DNA from: Amoebophrya sp. A120
Lineage: Eukaryota > Protista > Dinoflagellata
NCBI GenBank assembly: GCA_905178155.1
Contig: CAJINV010000027.1
Location: forward strand, 348,840-354,374
DNA: 5,535 bases
Reading direction: 5' to 3'
Each line of letters opens with the position of its first letter. The first letter of the stretch is position 1. This document shows positions 1 through 5,440 of the stretch, in pieces. The notes under the pieces were generated by a model, which saw nothing but the letters and a program-made list of their open reading frames with translations, did no database searches and was not told the origin of the DNA. A program made the position numbers and the translations under genes.

Positions 1-10
1 AGGGACACTA

Positions 11-37
11 AGTATTGAAATGAAGGAGCTCAATACT
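11..37. repeat. Spaced palindrome copy 1 (TATTGA-N11-TCAATA)
   Basis: AGTATTGA-aatgaaggagc-TCAATACT; 8-bp perfect arms, 11-nt spacer. Confidence 0.85.
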
Positions 38-114
38 AAAAGGAACGCAGAGCCGTGAGAGTCTTAGTTTCCTGGATCAGTCGAGTAGATCAATACAATT
101 CACGGAATTCGTGC

Positions 115-147
115 CGACGTATTGGCTTAACGTAAATCAATACGTCG
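115..147. repeat. Spaced palindrome copy 2 (TATTGG-N11-TCAATA)
   Basis: CGACGTATTG(G)-cttaacgtaaa-(T)CAATACGTCG; 10-bp perfect arms plus a G-T position, 11-nt spacer. Confidence 0.85.
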
Positions 148-190
148 CTGATCTGCATCATTTCTACGCTTAAGCGAACAAATTTACTCA

Positions 191-283
191 ACAGTGTCCT
201 TCTGGGTATTATAAAGTATTTCCTGAACCTGTTTTGCACCACTTTGCGCTATTGAGAATTTGTGTTCTTTCCGCTGTATAGCA
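191..283 (+). repeat. 5' LTR, portion shared with the 3' LTR (likely R-U5 with or without the core promoter)
   Basis: 93/93 identical to 5229-5321 by direct comparison. Ends in ...TATAGCA just before the PBS-like site. Confidence 0.93.
210..215 (+). promoter_or_regulatory. TATAAA within the LTR (TATA box or polyadenylation signal); second copy at 5248-5253
   Basis: Motif seen in both LTR copies, followed by a T/GT-rich tract (TTTGTGTTCTTT). Function cannot be resolved from sequence alone. Confidence 0.4.
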
Positions 284-287
284 TAGA

Positions 288-296
288 GTTATGAGC
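288..296 (+). other. Primer-binding site complementary to the anticodon loop of initiator tRNA-Met (half-tRNA priming type)
   Basis: GTTATGAGC, 4 nt after the LTR-terminal CA. Its reverse complement GCTCATAAC contains the CAT anticodon loop. Resembles the Ty5/copia-type GGTTATG(A/G)GCCC PBS. Confidence 0.65.
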
Positions 297-367
297 ATCT
301 CGCATCTTCATAGTTTTATTTAGATTTCAAACCATTCAGATAAGTAAGTCCATCAACATCTCCCCGA

Positions 368-398
368 TAAGTATTGAAATAAGTTAAGTCAATACTTA
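368..398. repeat. Spaced palindrome copy 3, in the 5' leader
   Basis: TAAGTATTGA-aataagttaag-TCAATACTTA; 10-bp perfect arms, 11-nt spacer, ending 19 nt before the gag ATG. Confidence 0.88.
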
Positions 399-417
399 GA
401 AAACAAACCCCAACAAA

Positions 418-1623
418 ATGGTCCTCGCGAAAATGTGGAAAAAGGGACGCACCGCGACGGTGGACGGCGAGACCGTCATGTTCTGCGGATGGCGCCACAG
501 TTTCGACCCGACGCTGCCGAAAACCTGCAAAGACCGAATCTTCGTCACCCGTGCGGATGGCCTTCCGGATGGTGAGGAAGATTTTACGGTCCAGGGACGG
601 AAGTATTTGGTCCGGGTTTTGAACTGCTACGCGCGCAAACTGCTACCGGAGACCAACAGCTCCCTCGTGTCGGACGCTGTTATGACGGAGATCTGCTTGA
701 CCATCGGCGAGCTGGCCGATTCTCTGGACTCGGACTTGTACACCCCGCCTGCGGACCCCACCCCTGTTGTCGTTCCGACCACGACCACCACCACAGCAGT
801 AGTTGAACAAAAAGAGCGCCCGCAGTTACCGAAATGGGACGGCAAGGAGGAGCTTGATTTGTTTCTGCAAATGGTGGACCTGTGGCGCGGCGAGCTCAAG
901 ACCCTGGGAGCCCCTGAGTTGGTGTCCGACTTCTTATCCGCTTTACCCCAGAAGGACCGAGCCGCGATTATTCGCAAAGCCGACGTCAGCACCCTGGACG
1001 TGCAAGGTGCTATCGAAATTTTATGCGAAAAAGTGAAAGGCGATGTCCGTTTCCAGATGTTCGGCGTCCTTGCGGAGTGGTTCCTGTACCGCCGCAAGAC
1101 TGGCACCAGCGTCCACGACCACCTTTCCCGCGTAAACGAGCACCGCCGTAAGGTCAAGGCGGCACTGGGCTGCACTGACGACCCGTTTCCCGATCTGTTC
1201 TGGGGATGGTATCTGCTGTTCACCGCCGCGGTGGATGAGACGGAGCTGCAGAACCTCAAGACTATGATCAACGGCAATTTCGGTTTTGCGGTTGTGAAGA
1301 ACGCCTTGATCGCGTATTTCCACAAGAGTAACCTGGCCAGCGACACCAAGGAAAACAAGGAGAACACGCTGGAGGCCCAGGTCAAGGACATCGTGAACAA
1401 GATGGGCATTCGCAAGAACAACAACAACACGAAGGACAAGAACGGAGGAGATGAAACTCACAAGCCCCGCTGTGAGTACAAGCACAACTGTAGAAAGTTG
1501 CTTTCCGGAACCTGCCCGAATTACCACCCCTTCTGGGAACTTGCCAAGGCCAAGAAGAACAAGACGAAAGTGAACAAGGCTGAGGAGGAGAAGCAGGACG
1601 GTCGTTCCTCGGAACAGCCGTGA
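418..1623 (+). CDS. gag: Gag protein (401 aa): N-terminal CAP-Gly-like region, P/T-rich linker, capsid-like region, basic C-terminus with a CCCH finger
   Basis: First long ORF after the PBS. ATG in a strong context (AAAATGG). Capsid-start-like LPKWDG...FLQMVDLW. Lys/Asn-rich nucleocapsid-like tail with C-x5-C-x7-C-x3-H. Lies directly upstream of pol. Confidence 0.88.
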   Translation: MVLAKMWKKGRTATVDGETVMFCGWRHSFDPTLPKTCKDRIFVTRADGLPDGEEDFTVQGRKYLVRVLNCYARKLLPETNSSLVSDAVMTEICLTIGELADSLDSDLYTPPADPTPVVVPTTTTTTAVVEQKERPQLPKWDGKEELDLFLQMVDLWRGELKTLGAPELVSDFLSALPQKDRAAIIRKADVSTLDVQGAIEILCEKVKGDVRFQMFGVLAEWFLYRRKTGTSVHDHLSRVNEHRRKVKAALGCTDDPFPDLFWGWYLLFTAAVDETELQNLKTMINGNFGFAVVKNALIAYFHKSNLASDTKENKENTLEAQVKDIVNKMGIRKNNNNTKDKNGGDETHKPRCEYKHNCRKLLSGTCPNYHPFWELAKAKKNKTKVNKAEEEKQDGRSSEQP

Positions 1624-1645
1624 CTAAATTCTTCTTACTTAGTCG
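1621..1645 (+). promoter_or_regulatory. Putative gag-pol stop-codon readthrough signal (UGA-CUA) with a local hairpin
   Basis: CCG TGA CTA AAT; the frame stays open from 1624 to 4767. GACTAA (1622-1627) can pair with TTAGTC (1639-1644). Confidence 0.75.
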
Positions 1646-4600
1646 AGACAGATGCTGATCACGTGCACAGCGTAGACATCCCGGGTGTATGTAACTCTAC
1701 CGAGTTCATTCCCGCGGACTACGTGCAGACGTCAGATCGTGGGGGCGTAACTTCAACCCTGTGGTCTTCGGACGGCGTGATCCGCTTCCTGTTGGATGGA
1801 GGAGCAACAAATCACTGCATTCGATTCAAGGAGCTGATCTTGAAAAACACCAACCAAAAGCGAGCCCTCGGCGGAATCTGTGGCGGTTGTACTGTGGACG
1901 TGGTCCATCTGAAGTCCATGCAGTTCCCCGGCACCTCCATGGGACTCGTCGCGACTGGCGCCATCTACTCGCCCCGGCTAACGCAAAACATCCTTGCCGA
2001 ATCAAGACTACTTGATGCTGGTTGGCGCTTTGCTGAGGACAAGAGCTCGATGTGGCACCTGACACGACCAAGCTCGAAAGTCTCCGTCGTACGCAGTGGA
2101 AACCTGTTTTGGGTCGACGTCAACGTACCCGACCTGAATTGCACCCCTGACGAAACCGATTCTACTACTAGCCTGGCCAGTGAAGACATGCTTAAGGTTT
2201 TCGCTGTTTCCCTGGACGAGCACATACGCTGCGGACGCATGCCGCTTCTGCCGCCTGGTGAGTGTGATGCTTGCGATCGCACCAAGCGACAGCGCAAGGG
2301 CATCCAGCGTTCCCGTGCTGAAGACCGTTCCCAGCTGGTGGGAGTCGTCGCGACTGACCTCTGCGGCCCGCTCCAGCCCAGTCAGGATGGGAATAAGTAT
2401 CTTCAGCTGTTTAAGCAGCTCGATACGCTCGACCTGGTTCCTACGTTTTCCAAGACGAAGCATTCTGCCGCCACCCGGACCAACCTACGGAGCTACCTCG
2501 CGGTGCGGACGAAGCCGAAAATCGTCAAAACGGACAATGGAACCGAGTTCAAGGGCGATTTCGAGAAAGAGGTAATTGATCAAGGCATACAAATACGAAA
2601 ATCGCCGGAATACTTGCCAGCCTTCAACGGAGGAGTTGAAGTGGAGAGCAGAGTGGTGATTCAGGGCGCTGCGTGCATTTTGTACGATTCTGGCGCACCT
2701 TTAGAATTTTGGCCACACGCTATCAAGTACATCTGCTACACCCTGAACCGCATGCCGCGACCGGCTTTGAAGAAGTCGCCGCACGAGGCCCGCACAGGTG
2801 TAGAGCCGAACAACGACCATCTCCGAGAATTTTGGTCGCTGGGTTATTATTTGGTGCTGAACCCGGAGCACAAGAAAACCAAATTGGAACCCCGACGCCG
2901 ACCTTGTCGCCTCCTGTCGTACTGTTTCGACAAGAGGGCCTACAATGTCTATGACGTGGACGACGAGCGCGTTGGCCCGCCGGTTTACGACGTTGTTTGG
3001 GCAAAGAACCAGTCCCCCCACCGGTCCCCCTCTGGTAAGCTTCTGGATGTCGACGGGCTGACCCCGGAAGTCGATCCTGATCAGATCGAGAGGACCATGT
3101 ACATGGGCGAGCCGGATTGGGTTTTGACCAATGAAGAAATGGCGAAATGGGACGAGTTGGTAGATCCTGACTTCATCCGAAAGTTTGAATTCGCCAACAA
3201 TGCAGTGATCGGACTAAATGAGGCTATGGCAGACACTGCAAACAAAGAAAACTGGACGAGCGGCATTACAGTCGAGTGCCGCGCGGTGGATATGTCCTGG
3301 GTATGGGAAAAGCTACCTGCCGGGCATCGAGCTCTACCGTGCCGAATCATCCTGACCCGGAAAGACGACGGAAGATTCAAGGCAAGAATAGTAGTCATCG
3401 GCTTCCTCCAGTACGTAAGTGCTGGCGATGGAACCACTTACGCACCTACACTCATGGCGGATAGCTTTCGGGCTGCTGTGGCACTGTGTGGGGCGATGGG
3501 ATGGGAGCCGGAAGGCGCTGACGTTTCGACGGCTTTCCTGCTTGCTGACATCCCGGAAGACGAAGTTATTTACGTCCACCCCCCGAAGGGATGGATTCCG
3601 AAAAACGAAGAAGACCGCAAGAAATGCGCAGACGGCTACGTTTGGCGTTTGAAGCGGGCGCTTTACGGCTTGCGGAAAAGTCCGAAGTACTGGTCTGACC
3701 ACTTCCACAAAGTCGCGACCAAGGAGTTCAAATTTATCCGATGCCCTTCCGACCGCTGCATCTACATCCATATCGAATTTGGTCACCTGACAATCATCCT
3801 GGTGTACGTCGACGACCTTGTTTTCATGGGTGTACGGGCGAAAGAGGTCAAGAAGATGGTCTTGGGTCGATTTCCCTGCCGCGATTTGGGACGACTTTCC
3901 GAGTTTCTAGGCTGCCAGGTGCTGTACCCGGGCGATAAGACTATTGTCCTGTCCCAGCAGCGCTACGTCGAGAAATTCATCAAGAAGGTTAACGTAAGCG
4001 AAAAAGGAGTGCCTACGCCGATCGAGAAAAAGCTGACGTCAATGGGTGAACCTGCACCGGTGGACAACAACACGAGGCAGATTTTGGGAACAATCGGATA
4101 CCTTCCGATCATGACCCGCCCCGACCTGTCTTTCGCGCAAGGACATTCCGCGAGGTTCGTCGCCAATCCCACCCTGGGCCACATTTCTGCGCTGAAGCAC
4201 TACGTGCGGTATGTAGCTGGAACGAAGCGCGCACGCCTGACCTACGGACCCCCAAGCAACTCCGTCAAGCTCTCGGCTAGCAAAGACAGTGATTGGAAGG
4301 GCTGCCCGGAGTCTGGTCGCTCTACTGGTGGGCATTTGATCAACATCAACGGCACTGCAGTTTGCTGGACCTCGAAGTTGATGCTGGATTCGATCAAAAT
4401 GTCTTCTACCGAGGCGGAGTATGTGCAGCTCTCGCTCTGCTCGCGAGATGTTATTTTCTTCAAGAATCTGCTAGACTGGCTGGCACAGCACGGCAAGCGG
4501 TTCGCGCTGGACCCGAATCCGGCTGAGATCGAGGAAGACAACAAAGGCTCGTTTGACTTTGTACAAGGAGCAAACACTGGAAATGGCAAACGACTCCGAC

Positions 4601-4767
4601 ACTTAGATCACCACCAGCACCATGCTCGCGATTGCGTGGAGCAGGGCATTATCAAGGTCGTGAAAGTTGAAACGGACAAAAATAGCAGCGACATCATGAC
4701 GAAACCTGCGAAATCCCGTCCCCAACTCGACCGGTTGCTCGCGAAGCACAACTTCGTGACTGAGTAA
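1624..4767 (+). CDS. pol: Pol polyprotein (protease, integrase, reverse transcriptase, RNase H), probably made as a Gag-Pol fusion 418-4767; the ORF-track GTG start at 1663 is unlikely to be the true start
   Basis: Protease FLLDGGATNH. Integrase TDLCGP / TDNGTEF / NGGVE and KLEPR..C..Y. RT FKARIV, DVSTAFL, ALYGLRKSP, YVDD. RNase H DSDW, SSTEAEY, EDNKG, RHLD, SDIMTK. No stops or frameshifts. Confidence 0.96.
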   Translation, partial: LNSSYLVETDADHVHSVDIPGVCNSTEFIPADYVQTSDRGGVTSTLWSSDGVIRFLLDGGATNHCIRFKELILKNTNQKRALGGICGGCTVDVVHLKSMQFPGTSMGLVATGAIYSPRLTQNILAESRLLDAGWRFAEDKSSMWHLTRPSSKVSVVRSGNLFWVDVNVPDLNCTPDETDSTTSLASEDMLKVFAVSLDEHIRCGRMPLLPPGECDACDRTKRQRKGIQRSRAEDRSQLVGVVATDLCGPLQPSQDGNKYLQLFKQLDTLDLVPTFSKTKHSAATRTNLRSYLAVRTKPKIVKTDNGTEFKGDFEKEVIDQGIQIRKSPEYLPAFNGGVEVESRVVIQGAACILYDSGAPLEFWPHAIKYICYTLNRMPRPALKKSPHEARTGVEPNNDHLREFWSLGYYLVLNPEHKKTKLEPRRRPCRLLSYCFDKRAYNVYDVDDERVGPPVYDVVWAKNQSPHRSPSGKLLDVDGLTPEVDPDQIERTMYMGEPDWVLTNEEMAKWDELVDPDFIRKFEFANNAVIGLNEAMADTANKENWTSGITVECRAVDMSWVWEKLPAGHRALPCRIILTRKDDGRFKARIVVIGFLQYVSAGDGTTYAPTLMADSFRAAVALCGAMGWEPEGADVSTAFLLADIPEDEVIYVHPPKGWIPKNEEDRKKCADGYVWRLKRALYGLRKSPKYWSDHFHKVATKEFKFIRCPSDRCIYIHIEFGHLTIILVYVDDLVFMGVRAKEVKKMVLGRFPCRDLGRLSEFLGCQVLYPGDKTIVLSQQRYVEKFIKKVNVSEKGVPTPIEKKLTSMGEPAPVDNNTRQILGTIGYLPIMTRPDLSFAQGHSARFVANPTLGHISALKHYVRYVAGTKRARLTYGPPSNSVKLSASKDSDWKGCPESGRSTGGHLININGTAVCWTSKLMLDSIKMSSTEAEYVQLSLCSRDVIFFKNLLDWLAQHGKRFALDPNPAEIEEDNKGSFDFVQGANTGNGKRLRHLDHHQHHARDCVEQGIIKVVKVETDKNSSDIMTKPAKSRPQLDRLLAKHNFVTE
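1777..2127 (+). other. Aspartic protease domain (approximate limits)
   Basis: LLDGGATNH with catalytic Asp at 1795-1797; copia-like downstream YSPRLTQNILAESRLLDAG. Confidence 0.8.
2221..3000 (+). other. Integrase domain (approximate limits)
   Basis: Zn-finger remnant at 2221-2274. Catalytic D at 2356, D at 2533 and E at 2638. C-terminal KLEPR...KRAY, equivalent to the copia GKGY region. Confidence 0.9.
3298..4010 (+). other. Reverse transcriptase domain, copia type (approximate limits)
   Basis: KARIVVIGFLQ, TYAPT, DVSTAFL, LYGLRKSPKYW, YVDD at 3805-3816, DLG..FLG. Confidence 0.95.
4270..4750 (+). other. RNase H domain, Ty1/copia type (approximate limits)
   Basis: DSDW (Asp at 4285), SSTEAEY, EEDNKG, SDIMTKP; all four acidic catalytic positions appear present. 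Confidence 0.93.
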
Positions 4768-4830
4768 GCTGCTGGCGGAGGAATACTTGTGAAGCCTTGA
4801 GGACTATGGTGAACAATTTAGGCGCAAAGC

Positions 4831-4853
4831 TATTGAATTAAGTGAAATCAATA
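4831..4853. repeat. Spaced palindrome copy 4, in the 3' untranslated region
   Basis: TATTGA-attaagtgaaa-TCAATA; 11-nt spacer. Confidence 0.8.
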
Positions 4854-5023
4854 CTCTTTATGCTATTGCTTCAGTAGACCCTTCTTTGGCTGATTTATTC
4901 TTTTCTAGGAGCTGTTTATGGACCATTTACAAATTGAAGTTTTCAACTTTCCATCCTGTTTTTCTCATCGAGTTTTTCCACTTCCCTGCGTTTAGGCTTT
5001 TCAAGTGGCTCGCACTCGATTAT

Positions 5024-5032
5024 GGGGGCGTA
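5024..5032 (+). other. Polypurine tract (plus-strand primer)
   Basis: GGGGGCGTA immediately before TGCT at 5033; resembles the GGGGGCG-type PPT of copia elements. Confidence 0.65.
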
Positions 5033-5321
5033 TGCTCTGCAAGTTGTAATCGACCACGAGATCACACAAATTCTACTTCAGGTTCAAGAATGAAAATAGA
5101 TGAAATTGAAGAAAGTTCTGATTAAGTATTGAATTGAATGAATTCAATATTGGGAGCATCTTGCCACTTGACAAATGGTAAAAGAGAATCAGAATCAGAA
5201 TGAACCGCAAATGTTGAAACCACGCTTCACAGTGTCCTTCTGGGTATTATAAAGTATTTCCTGAACCTGTTTTGCACCACTTTGCGCTATTGAGAATTTG
5301 TGTTCTTTCCGCTGTATAGCA
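5033..5321 (+). repeat. 3' LTR (289 bp, TGCT...AGCA); only 5229-5321 is matched at the 5' end
   Basis: Follows the PPT and has 4-bp inverted termini TGCT/AGCA. Last 93 bp identical to 191-283. Abrupt switch to GC-rich sequence after 5321. The end is firm; the start is inferred. Confidence 0.72.
5127..5149. repeat. Spaced palindrome copy 5, in the U3-like part of the 3' LTR
   Basis: TATTGA-attgaatgaat-TCAATA; 5123-5151 matches 9-37 at 24/29 positions. Confidence 0.85.
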
Positions 5322-5324
5322 CGA

Positions 5325-5440
5325 CCTCTTGCGCCTACGCCAATCCGCAAGAGGAAGAACCAAAGAGCAGCGCCGCGCTTGTGCGGGCCAGGCGGGGAGA
5401 TTGCTGCATCCCTCTCGCGCCTACCCCTGTCCGCGAGAGG
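5325..5440. repeat. Two related hairpin units in the right flank (5325-5354 and 5411-5440)
   Basis: CCTCTTGCG-cctacgccaatc-CGCAAGAGG and CCTCTCGCG-cctacccctgtc-CGCGAGAGG; 9-bp perfect stems, 12-nt loops, 86 bp apart. Confidence 0.8.

Larger units (their letters stand above)
1..5321 (+). mobile_element. Ty1/copia (Pseudoviridae) LTR retrotransposon; 5' boundary probably at or just outside the left window edge
   Basis: gag followed by pol in PR-IN-RT-RH order (diagnostic of copia). Identical terminal direct repeats at 191-283 and 5229-5321 end in CA. PBS-like site at 288-296 and PPT-like site at 5024-5030. No TSD can be checked because the left end is not visible. Confidence 0.96.

Noticed and set aside
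11-398. Palindromic repeats as a CRISPR array or prokaryotic operators/terminators
   Set aside because: Irregular spacing, variable repeat interiors, no cas genes, no U-tracts, and a eukaryotic retroelement context.
778-1428. Thr run (778-795) and Asn run (1417-1428) in Gag
   Set aside because: Ordinary low-complexity linker sequence.
627-1439. 270-aa antisense ORF overlapping gag (also 1021-1527, 168 aa)
   Set aside because: No recognisable motifs; composition mirrors the sense-strand codon bias and low-complexity runs. Most likely a shadow ORF, although antisense transcripts cannot be excluded.
1621-1623. TGA as a reassigned Trp or selenocysteine codon
   Set aside because: It is the only in-frame TGA in about 1450 codons while Trp is otherwise TGG, and it falls exactly at the gag/pol boundary.
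1663-1665. GTG as an independent pol start
   Set aside because: This is a eukaryotic element and the frame is open back to the gag stop; readthrough explains pol expression better.
1761-4589. Many 60-150 aa alternative-frame and antisense ORFs inside pol
   Set aside because: Expected by chance in GC-rich coding DNA; no domain signatures.
5051-5055. CGACC matching the 5 bp right of the 3' LTR (5322-5326) as a TSD
   Set aside because: It lies inside the inferred LTR and is not followed by TG; a 5-mer match is expected by chance. No TSD flanks 191 or 195 either.
4886-5125. 79-aa ORF after pol as a possible env-like gene
   Set aside because: Non-ATG (TTG) start, short, derived from a pyrimidine tract, and it runs across the PPT into the LTR.
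5083-5201. nGAAn/nTTCn pairs (5083-5090, 5111-5118) as heat-shock elements, and a short AGAATC tandem (5185-5201)
   Set aside because: Only two alternating units each, below a canonical three-unit HSE; the tandem is under three copies and unremarkable for an LTR.
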